The notes: a model not told the origin generated them from the sequence alone. A DNA stretch of 64,000 bases from Gammaproteobacteria bacterium (GCA_038142325.1 JAYQJW010000002.1:872795-936794); one strand, 5' to 3'. Numbered from the stretch's first letter, positions 33,477-45,557 are shown. Translations and numbers: made by a program.

Positions 33477-33883
33477 TATTTAATAAACTCCATAACTGAT
33501 TTTGTTGCAACAACATCAATTAGTTTCTTTTTTGTTTTCACAGATACAGGGCCAATTATCTTAACTTTGGTAATTTTGTTATTAATAAGCTTATATTTTT
33601 TTAATAATTCAAGAGTAATTTCAGATTCTTTTATTTTATCGAGATAATCGTACTTTAATTCTGTAGTGTTAGTATTTTTTTTAGATGTAAAACCTACTTT
33701 AGGCAATCTTCTTTGTAAAGGCATTTGTCCACCCTCAAAACCAACTTGGACTTTTCCTCCTGTTCTAGATTTTTGACCCTTGTGACCACGACCACATGTT
33801 TTTCCAGTGCCAGATGCAATACCGCGGCCAACTCTTTTTTTACTATGTTTTGACTCTTTATTTAATCTAATTTCATTAAGCAT
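33476..33883 (-). CDS. rplO: 50S ribosomal protein L15
   Basis: RVGRGIASG and [15 protein letters not shown]. Confidence 0.97.
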   Translation of the reverse strand: MLNEIRLNKESKHSKKRVGRGIASGTGKTCGRGHKGQKSRTGGKVQVGFEGGQMPLQRRLPKVGFTSKKNTNTTELKYDYLDKIKESEITLELLKKYKLINNKITKVKIIGPVSVKTKKKLIDVVATKSVMEFIK

Positions 33884-33887
33884 TTTT

Positions 33888-34073
33888 CTACTCATCAATA
33901 TTTTCAACGTTGATCATATGTCTAACTGCGTTTATCATTCCAAGATTTTCTGGTGTATTTTCAATAACTCTTGTATCTCTTATTTTTCTTAAACCTAAAC
34001 CTTTTACGCAGGCAATCTGTTTTTTAGTTTTTCCTATAAGGCTCAATTTTTGTGAAATTCTAATTTTACTCAT
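33888..34073 (-). CDS. rpmD: 50S ribosomal protein L30
   Basis: GLGLRKI and TPENLGMI; spc operon position. Confidence 0.95.
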   Translation of the reverse strand: MSKIRISQKLSLIGKTKKQIACVKGLGLRKIRDTRVIENTPENLGMINAVRHMINVENIDE

Positions 34074-34084
34074 ATCTCTACCGC

Positions 34085-34576
34085 CTATAATTCACTAGTT
34101 TTTTTCCCTCGTTTCAAAGCAACCTGTGCAGGATAGTACATTGACTCAAGTCCTTTCACAGTTGCTTTCACCACATTTATCGGATTTGTTGAACCTATAC
34201 TTTTAGCTAAGACGTTATGTACACCTGTTGCTTCAAATACAGCACGCATTGCCCCACCTGCTATTACACCTGTACCTTCGCCCGCTGGTTTCATGAAAAT
34301 TTTAGCTGAACCATGTTCAAAAGTAACCTCATGATGCAGTGTTCCATTTTTAAGTGAAACAGAAACCATACTTTTTTTTGCTTTTTCCATTGCCTTTTGA
34401 ATTGCTATTGGCACTTCTTTGGCTTTGCCATATCCATATCCAACTCTCCCATGACCATCACCTACTACAGTCAATGCTGTAAAACCAAACTGTCTACCAC
34501 CTTTAACGACTTTGGCAACTCGATTTACGGCAACTAATTTTTCAATATAATCTGAATTTCTCTCTTCTGATGCCAT
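34085..34576 (-). CDS. rpsE: 30S ribosomal protein S5
   Basis: [12 protein letters not shown] and GTGVIAGG. Confidence 0.98.
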   Translation of the reverse strand: MASEERNSDYIEKLVAVNRVAKVVKGGRQFGFTALTVVGDGHGRVGYGYGKAKEVPIAIQKAMEKAKKSMVSVSLKNGTLHHEVTFEHGSAKIFMKPAGEGTGVIAGGAMRAVFEATGVHNVLAKSIGSTNPINVVKATVKGLESMYYPAQVALKRGKKTSEL

Positions 34577-34935
34577 TATATATTTACTCCATTTTCTCTG
34601 AGTGCTTCAGCAGCTGCTTTAACTCTTCCATGGTATTTGTAGCCTGAACGATCAAATGCTACATTAGTTATCTTAGCTTTTTTAATAAATTCAGCCATTT
34701 TTATACCGATGCCTCTTGCACTCTCTATGTTATTATTTTTTGATTTATTTCCTTTTTGGTTTGTTGAAATCGTAGTTAACACTTTATCTCCAGTAGGTGT
34801 AATCAACTGCAAGTATAAATGCTGAACAGATCTATGAACAGATATTCTATGATTGTTAGAGTCGGCAATTTTTGATCTTGTTTTACTTGCTCGTCTTAAT
34901 CTAGGATTATTTCTATTTTTTATATTAAGTTTCAT
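34576..34935 (-). CDS. rplR: 50S ribosomal protein L18
   Basis: [14 protein letters not shown]. Confidence 0.97.
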   Translation of the reverse strand: MKLNIKNRNNPRLRRASKTRSKIADSNNHRISVHRSVQHLYLQLITPTGDKVLTTISTNQKGNKSKNNNIESARGIGIKMAEFIKKAKITNVAFDRSGYKYHGRVKAAAEALRENGVNI

Positions 34936-35459
34936 TATTTTTTCTTAGCCTCTTTTTTGACTATCTGTTCATCAGAATATTTAATACCTTTACCTTTATA
35001 TGGTTCAGGTGGTCTAACTGATCTTATATCTGCTGCAACTTGTCCAACTTTTTGCTTATCTACTCCAGATATTACTATTTCTGTTTGACTTGGAGTTTCA
35101 ATTGTAATTCCCTCTGGAATAACGAAATTAACTGGGTGAGAGAAACCAACAATCAATTCAACTTTATTTTTATCAGCTTTGGCTCTATATCCAACTCCAA
35201 CTAAATTTAATTTTTTCTCCCAGCCTTTAGATACTCCATTTATCATATTGAAAAGTAGTGCTCTAGTTGTTCCGCTCATTGCAGTTGAGTCTGAATTTGT
35301 ACTTACTTTAATCATGTTGTCAGTCTGCTCGATATTAACATCTGGGGTTTTAGTAAACTCTAATTTCCCTTTAGGTCCTTCAACTGAGACAAGGTTATCA
35401 ACAATGTTAAACTTAACGTCTGATGAGAGTTCTATTGGTTTACTTGCTATCTTTGACAT
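34935..35459 (-). CDS. rplF: 50S ribosomal protein L6
   Basis: GVGYRA and RPPEPYKGKGIKY; start at MSKIA. Confidence 0.97.
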   Translation of the reverse strand: MSKIASKPIELSSDVKFNIVDNLVSVEGPKGKLEFTKTPDVNIEQTDNMIKVSTNSDSTAMSGTTRALLFNMINGVSKGWEKKLNLVGVGYRAKADKNKVELIVGFSHPVNFVIPEGITIETPSQTEIVISGVDKQKVGQVAADIRSVRPPEPYKGKGIKYSDEQIVKKEAKKK

Positions 35460-35463
35460 ATTG

Positions 35464-35856
35464 CTAAGAGACGTAACAGATGATCTCCCCTCCACAATTC
35501 TTTTCTTTTGCTGTTTTCCCAGTCATAAGACCTTGAGATGTCGACACGATACATATGCCTAGACCATTTTTAACAAGCGGTATTTCATCACAAGACTTAT
35601 ATATCCTCAAGCCAGGTCGACTTATTCTTTTTATGAAATCAATAACTGGCTTGCCCTCAAAATATTTTAATTCAACAATTATATTTTTAATTTTGCCATC
35701 TTCAATTCTGAAGCTCGTTATGTATCCTTCATCTTGTAATACTTTACAGATGGCTTCTTTCATTTTAGAAAATGGAATAGACACTTCTTTTTTGTTAGAC
35801 ATCTGTCCATTCCTAATTCTTGTAAGTAAATCAGATATTGTATCGTTCATGCTCAT
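35464..35856 (-). CDS. rpsH: 30S ribosomal protein S8
   Basis: DLLTRIRN, SRPGLRIY and GGEIIC. Confidence 0.98.
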   Translation of the reverse strand: MSMNDTISDLLTRIRNGQMSNKKEVSIPFSKMKEAICKVLQDEGYITSFRIEDGKIKNIIVELKYFEGKPVIDFIKRISRPGLRIYKSCDEIPLVKNGLGICIVSTSQGLMTGKTAKEKNCGGEIICYVS

Positions 35857-35862
35857 AGTTTT

Positions 35863-36168
35863 TTACCAACTCGCTTTCGTTAAACCAGGAATCAAACCTG
35901 ACATCGCCATTTCTCTCAACTTGGTCCTTCCAAGTGTGAACTTTCTATATACTCCTCTTGGTCTTCCGGTCAAAGCGCACCTATTTCTTTTTCTAACCGC
36001 CAAGGCATTTAGAGGTATCTTTTGTAATTTCTTTCTTAATTCTATTACTTCTTCGTCAGAAGTTTTTGTATCTTTAAGTTTTTCCTTAATCATTTTAATC
36101 TTTGACTGATATTTGTTATTAAGTCTTTCTCTTTTCTTTTCTCTTTCTATCATTGATAATTTAGCCAT
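35863..36168 (-). CDS. rpsN: 30S ribosomal protein S14 (101-aa type)
   Basis: [18 protein letters not shown] and PGLTKASW. Confidence 0.97.
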   Translation of the reverse strand: MAKLSMIEREKKRERLNNKYQSKIKMIKEKLKDTKTSDEEVIELRKKLQKIPLNALAVRKRNRCALTGRPRGVYRKFTLGRTKLREMAMSGLIPGLTKASW

Positions 36169-36169
36169 A

Positions 36170-36706
36170 TTATTTAAATGGAAAGTTAAATTGCTTAAAC
36201 AATTCCATTGCCTCCTCATTATTTTTTGCGCTTGTTGTTATACAGATGTCTAATCCTTTTATCTTGTCGATTTTATCAAAATCAATTTCAGGAAAAATAA
36301 TATGCTCTTTTATTCCTAACGTATAGTTACCTCGACCATCAAAAGATTTGTTACTGTAACCTCGAAAGTCTCTTGTTCTTGGTAGTGATATTTTTATAAG
36401 TTTTTCAAAAAAATCATACATCATTTGACCTCTTAATGTCACTTTACAGCCTATAGGCATGCCTTCCCTTAACTTAAAGTTTGCAATTGATTTTTTCGCA
36501 TATGTTAGCACTGCTTTTTGTCCGGCAATTTGAGTTAATTCTTCTTGTGCTTTTTCAAGAATTTTTTTATCAGCTATTGCTGATCCTAGTCCCATATTAA
36601 GTGTTATCTTAATTAAACGAGGAGCCTCCATGTTTGATTTGAATTTAAATCTTTCCATCAATGCAGGGACAATATTCTCTTTGTAATATTCTTTATAGGT
36701 ATTCAT
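36170..36706 (-). CDS. rplE: 50S ribosomal protein L5
   Basis: [15 protein letters not shown] and FDGRGNY. Confidence 0.98.
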   Translation of the reverse strand: MNTYKEYYKENIVPALMERFKFKSNMEAPRLIKITLNMGLGSAIADKKILEKAQEELTQIAGQKAVLTYAKKSIANFKLREGMPIGCKVTLRGQMMYDFFEKLIKISLPRTRDFRGYSNKSFDGRGNYTLGIKEHIIFPEIDFDKIDKIKGLDICITTSAKNNEEAMELFKQFNFPFK

Positions 36707-37023
36707 TAAATATCTATGACCTCTCTATTAGATTTATATATTCTAACTTTTTTACCAGATTCCAATTTTTTGAATCCGACTCTATCTCCTTTTTTTGTAA
36801 CTGGATTAAATAACATAATATTTGATAAATCTATTGGCATTTCCTTTTCTATGATTCCGCCCTCAATACCGGCGTTCGGGTTTGGTTTTGTATGCTTCTT
36901 TGACATATTAATACCTGAGACCAAACACATGTTATGATCTAGTAGCCTAATCACTTCTCCTTTTTTACCTTTATCTTTACCTGATATCACAATTACAGAG
37001 TCACCCTTTTTAATCTTGTTCAT
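36706..37023 (-). CDS. rplX: 50S ribosomal protein L24
   Basis: [17 protein letters not shown]. Confidence 0.98.
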   Translation of the reverse strand: MNKIKKGDSVIVISGKDKGKKGEVIRLLDHNMCLVSGINMSKKHTKPNPNAGIEGGIIEKEMPIDLSNIMLFNPVTKKGDRVGFKKLESGKKVRIYKSNREVIDI

Positions 37024-37025
37024 TT

Positions 37026-37394
37026 TTATAGGACCTCCGGTGCTAATGATATAATTTTCATAAATGTTAAATCTCTAAGCTCGCGTGTTACTGGTCCAAA
37101 AATTCTTGTTCCAATGGGCTCTAATTTGTTGTCTAAAAGAACAACAGCATTACTATCAAATCTTATTAGTGACCCATCTGGCCTTCTAACTCCTTTTTTT
37201 GTTCTAACTATAACAGCGTTGTACACTTCTCCTTTTTTAATTTTTGATTTTGGCAGCGCATCTTTGACAGCAACTTTAATAACATCTCCAACAGATGCAA
37301 ATCTTCTATGAGAGCCACCAAGAACTTTGATACACATTACCTTTCTAGCTCCACTATTGTCAGCCGACTTTAATATTGTTTGCATTTGAATCAT
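37026..37394 (-). CDS. rplN: 50S ribosomal protein L14
   Basis: [14 protein letters not shown] and SLAPEVL. Confidence 0.98.
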   Translation of the reverse strand: MIQMQTILKSADNSGARKVMCIKVLGGSHRRFASVGDVIKVAVKDALPKSKIKKGEVYNAVIVRTKKGVRRPDGSLIRFDSNAVVLLDNKLEPIGTRIFGPVTRELRDLTFMKIISLAPEVL

Positions 37395-37405
37395 AGCTCT
37401 TGCCT

Positions 37406-37642
37406 TTACTCCTCAACTAATATCCAAGTTTTTAATTTTGATAGTGGTCTACATTGTTTAATTCTTACATGTTCTCCCACTGTGCACTTGTTATTCTCAT
37501 CATGAATGTGGTACTTGGTAGATCTCTTAATATATTTACCATTAACAGGATGCTTAACTAGTCTCTCTACACTTACTACCGCTGATTTATCCATAGCAGT
37601 TTTCAAGACTTTAGCCTTTAAGATTTTAGTTCTACTTTCCAT
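37406..37642 (-). CDS. rpsQ: 30S ribosomal protein S17
   Basis: MDKS, HDENN and RPLSKLKTW. Confidence 0.97.
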   Translation of the reverse strand: MESRTKILKAKVLKTAMDKSAVVSVERLVKHPVNGKYIKRSTKYHIHDENNKCTVGEHVRIKQCRPLSKLKTWILVEE

Positions 37643-37826
37643 TTTTCATCTCATTTAAAATTGTTTTCACTCTTGCAATGCTAATTTTATTTTCTCTAAA
37701 TAAATTCGGCTTAGGATTGAGTCCAGAACCACGTTTGATTCTAAGAGAAAATCTCTCCTTTGCAAGCTCATCTAATGTTTGCTTCAATTCTAATTCGCTC
37801 TTTTTTCTTAATTCTTCAAGCTTCAT
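37632..37826 (-). CDS. rpmC: 50S ribosomal protein L29
   Basis: ELRKKS and IARVKTIL; S10 operon position. Confidence 0.94.
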   Translation of the reverse strand: MKLEELRKKSELELKQTLDELAKERFSLRIKRGSGLNPKPNLFRENKISIARVKTILNEMKNGK

Positions 37827-38239
37827 TATAATGCCGTCCTTGTTACGAAGGTTGTTAGTATAGGCAACTTCGCAGCAGCAAGTCTAAATGCTTCTCTTGC
37901 TACTTCTTCAGGTACACCTTCCATTTCATATAAAACTTTACCTGGTTGAATCTTAGATACCCAATATTCAACATTACCTTTTCCTTTACCCATTCTGACT
38001 TCAATAGGTTTTTTAGTAATCGGTACATCAGGAAATATTCTAATCCATACTTTTCCACCGCGCTTAATATAGCGCGTCATGGCTCTTCTTGCAGCTTCAA
38101 TTTGTCTTGCAGTCACTCTTCCACGAGTTGTTGCTTTTAAACCAAATTCTCCAAAACTTACCTTGGCTCCAGATGTAGCAAAACCTCTAAGTCTTCCTTT
38201 TTGTTGCTTTCTATATTTTGTTTTTTTTGGTTGTAACAT
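37826..38239 (-). CDS. rplP: 50S ribosomal protein L16
   Basis: [11 protein letters not shown] and RMGKGKG. Confidence 0.98.
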   Translation of the reverse strand: MLQPKKTKYRKQQKGRLRGFATSGAKVSFGEFGLKATTRGRVTARQIEAARRAMTRYIKRGGKVWIRIFPDVPITKKPIEVRMGKGKGNVEYWVSKIQPGKVLYEMEGVPEEVAREAFRLAAAKLPILTTFVTRTAL

Positions 38240-38910
38240 TATTTACTCTTTGTAGCACTTCTTTTGTTATCACTTGATATCTCATCTTGAGAATAAATCC
38301 ATACCTTGACGCCAATTATTCCATAAGTTGTTAAAGCTTCTGCAAAACCATAGTCGATTGCAGCATCAAGAGTGTGAAGAGGAACTCTGCCTTCTCTATA
38401 CCACTCACTGCGGGCGATTTCTGCACCGTTCAATCTGCCGGCAACATTAACTTTTATTCCCTGCGCACCAAGCCTCATTGTATTTGTTACTGCTCTTTTC
38501 ATTGCTCTTCTATACATAATCCTTCTCTCAAGTTGTTGAGTGATTCCCTCAGCAACTAACTGTGCATCAAGTTCAGGCTTTTTGATCTCCTTTACGTTAA
38601 TTTTGACTGTATTTTTATCAGTCTTGAGGATTGATGCTATTTTATTTCTAAACTTTTCAATGTCTTCACCTTTCTTGCCAATAACAATACCTGGGCGTGA
38701 TGTAAAGATATTGATTACTGCTTCTTTAGTGGGTCTTTCAATTACAATTTTACTCACAGATGCGCTTTCTAGTTCTTTTTTTAGATACTCGCGTATTCTA
38801 TAGTCCTCGAGAAGATAACTTGAGTAGTCCTTGCTACTTGCATACCACTTTGAAGAATAGTCTGTAGATATACCTAATCTAAAACCTGTTGGATGTACTT
38901 TTTGTCCCAT
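38239..38910 (-). CDS. rpsC: 30S ribosomal protein S3
   Basis: [13 protein letters not shown] and GRVPLHTL. Confidence 0.98.
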   Translation of the reverse strand: MGQKVHPTGFRLGISTDYSSKWYASSKDYSSYLLEDYRIREYLKKELESASVSKIVIERPTKEAVINIFTSRPGIVIGKKGEDIEKFRNKIASILKTDKNTVKINVKEIKKPELDAQLVAEGITQQLERRIMYRRAMKRAVTNTMRLGAQGIKVNVAGRLNGAEIARSEWYREGRVPLHTLDAAIDYGFAEALTTYGIIGVKVWIYSQDEISSDNKRSATKSK

Positions 38911-39251
38911 TAGCTCTCCTCTTTATCGCTAACCACTATAGTAATGTGGCTTGTTCTCTTAAGAATTTGATTTACTCTTCCTCTAGCTCGCGGCCTGTGT
39001 CTTTTACCATATGGCCCTTCATCAACTAAAACATTTTTAACAATAAGCTCATCTAAATCGCTTGAGTTATTGTGTTCTGCATTAGCTACAGCAGATTCCA
39101 AAACCTTTAAGATTAATTGCGATGCTTTTTTATTACTGTAATTTAGAAATTCAAAAGCTTTATTCACAGGTAAACCTCTAACTTCATTAGCGACAAGTCT
39201 GCATTTTTGAGCAGAAATTTTTTGATATTTTAGAACGGCTTGTGTATTCAT
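38910..39251 (-). CDS. rplV: 50S ribosomal protein L22
   Basis: [14 protein letters not shown] and KRTSHI; start at MNTQA. Confidence 0.97.
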   Translation of the reverse strand: MNTQAVLKYQKISAQKCRLVANEVRGLPVNKAFEFLNYSNKKASQLILKVLESAVANAEHNNSSDLDELIVKNVLVDEGPYGKRHRPRARGRVNQILKRTSHITIVVSDKEES

Positions 39252-39255
39252 AGCT

Positions 39256-39531
39256 TTATCCTTTTGCTTTCCTATCACCTGAATGACCTTTGAATACTCT
39301 TGTCGGAGAGAATTCACCAAGCTTATGGCCAATCATATTTTCTGTAACATATACTGGCACATGTTGTTTTCCATTATGAACAGCAATAGTAAGACCAATC
39401 ATGTCTGGGGATATTACTGATCTCCTAGACCATGTTTTGATGGGTTTTTTATCATTATCTTTCAAAGCTTTATCAATTTTAGCTTGAAGATGATCGTCGA
39501 TAAATGGTCCTTTTTTTAATGATCTTGCCAC
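39256..39531 (-). CDS. rpsS: 30S ribosomal protein S19
   Basis: [15 protein letters not shown] and GHKLGEF. Confidence 0.98.
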   Translation of the reverse strand: MARSLKKGPFIDDHLQAKIDKALKDNDKKPIKTWSRRSVISPDMIGLTIAVHNGKQHVPVYVTENMIGHKLGEFSPTRVFKGHSGDRKAKG

Positions 39532-39535
39532 TTTG

Positions 39536-40372
39536 TTACTTCCTACGTTTATTTGTTCTTCTTCTGACTATTAACTTATCAGTTCTTTTATTTGATCTTG
39601 TTTTATAACCTTTAGTTGGAGTTCCCCACGGTGAAACAGGATCTCTCCCTCCAGATGTTTTACCTTCACCTCCACCATGCGGATGGTCTATTGGGTTCAT
39701 TGCTACTCCACGCACAGTAGGTCTTATACCAAGCCATCTTTTTGCTCCAGCTTTTCCATGTTTTTGGAGATTATATTCACTATTGCCAACCTCACCAATT
39801 GTAGCTCGGCAAGTTTTAAATATTTTTCTAGTCTCTCCAGATTTAAGTTTCAAGGTCACATAATCACCTTCCATAGCAACGATTTGAGCAACGGTTCCCG
39901 CACTTCTTGCTATTTGTGCTCCTTTACCAGGTTTCATCTCAACGCAATGTACTTGTGTTCCTACTGGTATGTTTAATAAAGGAAGAGAGTTTCCGACACT
40001 GATAGATGATTTCTCTCCAGACATCAACTGGTCTCCAGACTTAAGGTTCTTGGGCGCTATTATGTATCTCCTTTCACCATCTGCATACAATAAAAGTGCA
40101 ATATTTGCATTTCTGTTAGGGTCATACTCCAATCTCTCAACAGTTGCTGGAATATTATCTTTGTTTCTTTTAAAGTCGATTAATCTATATCGTCTTTTGT
40201 GGCCTCCGCCGATATGCCTTGTAGTTATCCTGCCTTGATTGTTTCGACCGCCTGATTTATTTAGTTTAACCAACAAAGGTTGGTGAGGCTGCCCTTGATA
40301 GATATCTTTATTAGATATCTTTACTCTAAAACGTCTGCCAGGAGAGGTAGGTCTTGATTTTACAATTGTCAT
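39536..40372 (-). CDS. rplB: 50S ribosomal protein L2
   Basis: EYDPNR and [13 protein letters not shown]. Confidence 0.98.
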   Translation of the reverse strand: MTIVKSRPTSPGRRFRVKISNKDIYQGQPHQPLLVKLNKSGGRNNQGRITTRHIGGGHKRRYRLIDFKRNKDNIPATVERLEYDPNRNANIALLLYADGERRYIIAPKNLKSGDQLMSGEKSSISVGNSLPLLNIPVGTQVHCVEMKPGKGAQIARSAGTVAQIVAMEGDYVTLKLKSGETRKIFKTCRATIGEVGNSEYNLQKHGKAGAKRWLGIRPTVRGVAMNPIDHPHGGGEGKTSGGRDPVSPWGTPTKGYKTRSNKRTDKLIVRRRTNKRRK

Positions 40373-40674
40373 TTAGCCACCTCTTCTTCGCCATAATTAA
40401 TATCGAACCCATCCTCTAAACGTACGTAAGCTTTCTTCCAATCTTTACGTTTACCAAAGGTCCGACCAATACGAGTAAGTTTACCTTGTACATTCATGAT
40501 TCTTACGCTTTTAACTTTCACATCAAACATAAGTTCTACGGCTTTTTTAATTTCAGGTTTAGTTGCATCTCTGAGTACTGAGAAAACATGTTGATTTTCA
40601 AGATCCGCTCGTGTCGCAGCTTTTTCAGAAACACGTGGGCTCACAATAACATTTGCTAATCTTTGTGTATTCAT
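40369..40674 (-). CDS. rplW: 50S ribosomal protein L23
   Basis: [15 protein letters not shown] and WKKAYV. Confidence 0.97.
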   Translation of the reverse strand: MNTQRLANVIVSPRVSEKAATRADLENQHVFSVLRDATKPEIKKAVELMFDVKVKSVRIMNVQGKLTRIGRTFGKRKDWKKAYVRLEDGFDINYGEEEVAK

Positions 40675-41249
40675 AATGTTGTCGCCTTCTTAATATGATC
40701 AAGTACATTATTATCGATGACAACATTGTCGTGTTTCATAAGAATGTATGGATTGATCTCTTTATGATCAATGATTGATATATCTTTTATGTTTCTGAGA
40801 GAAAAAAAGGCGTTGACGTTATCTAATGATGTGATTATAAGAGCATTAGAAATTTTAAGATTCTCGAGAAATGCTTTTCCTGCTTTAGTTTTTTTATCAG
40901 TAAAATTAAGCCGATCCGATAAAAATAATCTCTCTCTTTTTAACAACTCATTAAAGATACAATTTAAAGCTCCCTTATACATTTTTTTATTAATTTTTTT
41001 ATTATATGTTTTAGGCTGTGCAGCAAAAGTTACTCCACCAGTTCTCCAAATTGGACTTCTAGTTGTTCCAGCTCGAGCTCTACCAGAACCTTTTTGTGGT
41101 CGAGGTTTTGCTCCTCCGCCACTTACTGCAGATCTATTTTTCTGAGCTTTAGTACCACTTCTAAGGTTAGACATAAAGTCAGTTGTGACTTGATGAACAA
41201 GTGATTCATTAAATTCTTTAGTGAAAATTTTTGTTAATTGGGCGGTCAT
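40671..41249 (-). CDS. rplD: 50S ribosomal protein L4
   Basis: QKGSGRARAG and SPIWRTGGVTFAA. Confidence 0.97.
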   Translation of the reverse strand: MTAQLTKIFTKEFNESLVHQVTTDFMSNLRSGTKAQKNRSAVSGGGAKPRPQKGSGRARAGTTRSPIWRTGGVTFAAQPKTYNKKINKKMYKGALNCIFNELLKRERLFLSDRLNFTDKKTKAGKAFLENLKISNALIITSLDNVNAFFSLRNIKDISIIDHKEINPYILMKHDNVVIDNNVLDHIKKATTL

Positions 41250-42060
41250 TTATTCTTCCGTTTTTTTTGTCAACGTTTTCTGAAGATGAAGATTCTTCAA
41301 CGTCCATTTGTGAATCATTATTAAGGTTAGTTTCTTGAGCTGCTGCATCGTTAGATTCTGCTAATTCAACATCTGGCTTTGCTTCTTGTGAATGTTCTTT
41401 TTCACTGTATATTTCCTTTGGAGTGTACTTTTTTTCTGTAGGTTTTATTACAACATAACTACCGTTATGACCAGGTATTGAACCTTTAACAAGCATAATA
41501 TTTTCTTCAGACATTACTTTTACAATTGTTAAATTTTGAATAGTTCTGCTGACACTTCCTAAATGTCCAGGCATTTTTTTTCCTTTAAAAACTCTGCCGG
41601 GATCTTGACATTGTCCAGTAGAACCAAGAGCTCTGTGCGATATTGAGTTACCGTGTGTGGCATCTTGTGTTTTAAAATGATGACGTTTAACTCCGCCTTG
41701 AAATCCCTTACCTAACGTTTTCCCTGTAATATCAACGTGCTCTCCTGCTTTAAATGAGTCAACTTTTATGTCAGACCCAACCTTCATTTCATCTTCAATG
41801 TTAGAGACTCTAAATTCAATTTGCCCTCTCGCAGGTTCTAAATTGGATTTTTTATAATGTCCTAGTAACGCTTTATTTACTCTACTTTCCTTTTGTTTAC
41901 CATAAGCGACTTGAATAGCATTGTAGCCGTCTTTTTCTGTTGTTTTGATTTGGGATATTCTATTTGAATCAACATTTATGACAGTGACAGGGATAGATAC
42001 ACCAGATTCATCGAACACTCTAGTCATGCCAGTCTTGATACCAATAAGGCCTACGCTCAT
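41218..42060 (-). CDS. rplC: 50S ribosomal protein L3 with acidic C-terminal extension (true stop probably at 41250)
   Basis: KTGMT, GKGFQG, HGNSISHR and PGRVFKGKKMPG. Confidence 0.97.
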   Translation of the reverse strand: MSVGLIGIKTGMTRVFDESGVSIPVTVINVDSNRISQIKTTEKDGYNAIQVAYGKQKESRVNKALLGHYKKSNLEPARGQIEFRVSNIEDEMKVGSDIKVDSFKAGEHVDITGKTLGKGFQGGVKRHHFKTQDATHGNSISHRALGSTGQCQDPGRVFKGKKMPGHLGSVSRTIQNLTIVKVMSEENIMLVKGSIPGHNGSYVVIKPTEKKYTPKEIYSEKEHSQEAKPDVELAESNDAAAQETNLNNDSQMDVEESSSSENVDKKNGRINDRPINKNFH

Positions 42061-42116
42061 TTTCTTATCCTCAAAATGAAAAAAAGTTAGTTAATTCGTA
42101 TTATTTAAGGTGCTGA

Positions 42117-42125
42117 ATCTTAACA
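42117..42125 (-). promoter_or_regulatory. Extended -10 promoter candidate upstream of rplC
   Basis: TG-T-TAAGAT followed by TCAGCACC in the 132-nt rpsJ-rplC gap. Confidence 0.45.
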
Positions 42126-42192
42126 TAAAATTCATAATTGTTACACTTTTTTAGAGTTTTTTAGGTTTAAAATAGGGGGTTAATTATGCAAT

Positions 42193-42522
42193 TCAGCTAA
42201 GCTCTATCTGAACATCGACGCCTGCTGCAAGATCTAGTTTCATGAGGGCATCAACCGTTTTGTCTGTAGGCTCTAAGATATCCATGAGTCTTTTGTGTGT
42301 TCTTATTTCATACTGGTCTCGTGCGTCTTTGTCTACATGTGGTGAAACGAGTATTGTGTATCTCTCTTTTTTAGTAGGTAGAGGTATAGGTCCTATTACT
42401 CTTGCACCCGTTCTTTTTGCTGTCTCAACTATCTCTTTCGAAGAAACATCAATGAGTTTGTGGTCAAAAGTTTTAAGACGAATTCTAATATTTTGCGTAT
42501 TTTTTGCTTTCTTTGTTGCCAT
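42193..42522 (-). CDS. rpsJ: 30S ribosomal protein S10
   Basis: [24 protein letters not shown] and RTHKRL. Confidence 0.98.
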   Translation of the reverse strand: MATKKAKNTQNIRIRLKTFDHKLIDVSSKEIVETAKRTGARVIGPIPLPTKKERYTILVSPHVDKDARDQYEIRTHKRLMDILEPTDKTVDALMKLDLAAGVDVQIELS

Positions 42523-44620
42523 TATGAAGCCTTCTCAATTAATTCTTCAGCTATGTTTGATGGAATTTCTGCATACTTCTCAAATTCCATAGTATATGTT
42601 GCTCTTCCTTGAGTCATGGATCTTAGATCAGTAGCATAACCAAACATTTCAGACAGAGGTACTTCAGCTTTTATAATATTTCCTACAACTGTTTCCTCCA
42701 TGCCTTGGATTATTCCTCGTCTTCTATTTAAGTCTCCAGTAACATCACCAAGATAATCTCCTGGAGTTACAGCTTCTACTTTCATGACGGGTTCCAATAA
42801 TACTGGATTCGCTTTTTTTGCTCCTTCTTTAAAAGCTTGTGATCCAGCAACCTTGAAGGCGACTTCACTGGAATCTACATCATGAAATGAGCCATCAAAT
42901 AATGTCACTTTCACATCTACAACAGGATATCCGCCTATGACTCCATTTTCCATTTGTTCAATCACACCTTTATCTACAGGTCCAATAAATTCTTTTGGAA
43001 TTGCGCCACCAACAATTTCATTTACAAATTCATATCCTTTACCAGGCTCTTGCGGCTCTATCTTTAGCCAGACATGTCCATACTGACCTTTACCGCCACT
43101 TTGTTTGACATACTTAGCTTCCTGTTCAATAGGTTTTCTTATAGTTTCTCTATAGGCAACTTGAGGTTTACCTATTGTTGCTTCAACATTAAACTCTCTT
43201 TTCATTCTATCTACGATGATATCCAAATGTAATTCTCCCATACCAGAAATAATAGTTTGGTTGGATTCTTCGTCTGTGGATACGCGAAATGAAGGATCTT
43301 CTTGAGCAAGTTTTCCAAGAGCTAATCCCATTTTCTCTTGGTCATCTTTTGTCTTCGGTTCTACTGCAATAGAAATAACTGGCTCAGGAAACTCCATTCT
43401 TTCTAGTGTGATTACAGAAGATGGATCGCAAAGAGTGTCACCGGTAGTGACTGATTTCAATCCAACTGCAGCAGCAATATCTCCTGCTCTAACTTCTTTT
43501 ATTTCCTCTCTAGAATTTGAGTGCATTTGTAAAATTCTACCAATTCTTTCTTTTTTCTGTGTTACCGCATTATATACAGTATCGCCTGCTTTCAAGACGC
43601 CTGAATATACTCTAAAAAATGAGAGTGTACCCACAAAAGGATCCGTTGCAATCTTAAATGCAAGAGATGCAAATGGCTCATCATCAGATGAGTTTCTAAC
43701 ACCTTCAGAACCTTCTGAATCATCATTTATTCCTTTAATAGCTGGAACATCTAAAGGAGAAGGCATAAATTCAATCACAGCGTCAAGCATCGCCTGTACT
43801 CCTTTATTTTTAAAAGCTGTACCGCAGGTTACAAGTACTATTTCATTAGCTAGAGTTTGTAACCTCAATCCTTCAATTATTTTTTCTATTGATAATTCAC
43901 CATTATTTAAATATTCGTCCATTAACTCTTCATTTGCTTCTGCTGCCGTTTCAACCAGTTGCTCATGTAATTCATCAGATTTAGACTTAAGATCTTCTGG
44001 TATATCAACAGTGTCAAATTTCATACCTTTGGATTCTTCATCCCAAATAATAGCTTTCATACTAATAGATCTACAACTCCTTTAAAATTATCTTCAGATC
44101 CAATAGGTACCTGAAGTGGTACAGGTTTAGACCCTAGCCTAGTTTTAATCTGATCGACTACTCTAAAGAAATCTGCCCCTGCTCGGTCCATCTTATTTAC
44201 AAATGCCATCCTTGGAACACTGTATTTATTAGCTTGTCTCCAGACAGTTTCAGATTGTGGTTCAACTCCACCAACAGCACAGAAAACTGCTACAGCACCA
44301 TCAAGGACTCTCAATGATCTCTCAACTTCAATTGTGAAATCAACGTGTCCTGGTGTATCGATAATATTTATTCTGTGTTGATCATATTGCCCGGTACTAC
44401 CCTCCCAAAAACAAGTAGTAGCTGCAGAGGTTATAGTAATACCTCGCTCTTGCTCTTGCTCCATCCAATCCATTGTTGCAGCGCCATCATGTACTTCACC
44501 TATTTTATGTGAAACACCGGTGTAATAGAGTATCCTTTCTGTTGTAGTTGTTTTGCCAGCATCTATATGTGCCATTATTCCAATATTGCGATAATGAGTT
44601 AATTCTGTTGATCTAGCCAT
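42522..44620 (-). CDS. fusA: Elongation factor G (1-nt frameshift near 44060)
   Basis: [24 protein letters not shown]; domains III-V in the second ORF. Confidence 0.97.
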
Positions 44621-44623
44621 TTT

Positions 44624-45094
44624 TTACCACCTGTAATGAGCAAATGCTTTATTTGCCTCAGCCATTTTATGTGTATCCTCACGCTTTTTAACTGCTGAAC
44701 CTTTATTATCTATTGCATCACTTATTTCAGATGCAAGCTTTTCGCGCATAGATTTCTCATTTCTTTTACTGGCAGCCTCTATAATCCATTTCATTGCTAG
44801 AGAGATTTTTCTTTTCGAATTTACTTCAATAGGAACTTGATAATTTGAGCCGCCTACTCTTCTTGATTTTACTTCGACACTAGGGCCTACATTTTGAAGC
44901 GCTTTATCAAGTGCTATTAATGGTTCCTCTTTTGTTTTTTTTGAAGAAAGTGAAAGGGCGTCATAAACTATTTTTTCAGCAGTTCTTTTCTTGCCGTCTT
45001 GCATAATCATGTTAGTAAGACGAGTAACATTCGTGCTTTTGTAAATTGGATCAGGTAAAATCTTCTTTTTAGGTATATCTCTTTTTCTTGGCAT
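44624..45094 (-). CDS. rpsG: 30S ribosomal protein S7
   Basis: [12 protein letters not shown] and [13 protein letters not shown]. Confidence 0.98.
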   Translation of the reverse strand: MPRKRDIPKKKILPDPIYKSTNVTRLTNMIMQDGKKRTAEKIVYDALSLSSKKTKEEPLIALDKALQNVGPSVEVKSRRVGGSNYQVPIEVNSKRKISLAMKWIIEAASKRNEKSMREKLASEISDAIDNKGSAVKKREDTHKMAEANKAFAHYRW

Positions 45095-45096
45095 TT

Positions 45097-45471
45097 TTAA
45101 CTCTTTGGTTTCTTAGCACCATATTTTGATCTGCCCTGCTTACGATTCTCAACTCCTTGTGTATCGAGACTTCCGCGAACAATATGGTATCTGACGCCAG
45201 GAAGATCCTTCACTCGACCACCTCTTATTACAACTACAGAATGTTCTTGCAAATTATGTCCTTCTCCACCAATGTACGATGTGACTTCCTGTCCATTAGT
45301 TAATCTCACTCTCGCAACTTTCCTAAGTGCAGAATTTGGCTTCTTAGGTGTTGTTGTGTAAACACGAGTACAAACTCCTCTGCGTTGAGGGCAAGCTTCA
45401 AGTGCTGGTACATCAGACTTTACAACCTTTGTTTTTCTTGGTTTTCTTACAAGTTGATTAATAGTAGCCAT
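45097..45471 (-). CDS. rpsL: 30S ribosomal protein S12
   Basis: [10 protein letters not shown] and [10 protein letters not shown]. Confidence 0.98.
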   Translation of the reverse strand: MATINQLVRKPRKTKVVKSDVPALEACPQRRGVCTRVYTTTPKKPNSALRKVARVRLTNGQEVTSYIGGEGHNLQEHSVVVIRGGRVKDLPGVRYHIVRGSLDTQGVENRKQGRSKYGAKKPKS

Positions 45472-45494
45472 ATATTTCCTAATAAGTATGCGAA

Positions 45495-45523
45495 ATTCTA
45501 TTGGTAGTGTAAGTTAGTGTCAA
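45495..45523 (-). promoter_or_regulatory. Sigma70 promoter of the str operon
   Basis: TTGACA (45523-45518), 17 nt, TAGAAT (45500-45495). Confidence 0.75.
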
Positions 45524-45557
45524 GAAATGATTAAAGATATTGATAAAAAACATCCAG

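Noticed and set aside
43408-44085. 225-aa antisense ORF in fusA and similar shadow ORFs over r-protein, rpo and tuf genes
   Set aside because: Antisense shadows of conserved genes with no recognisable motifs.
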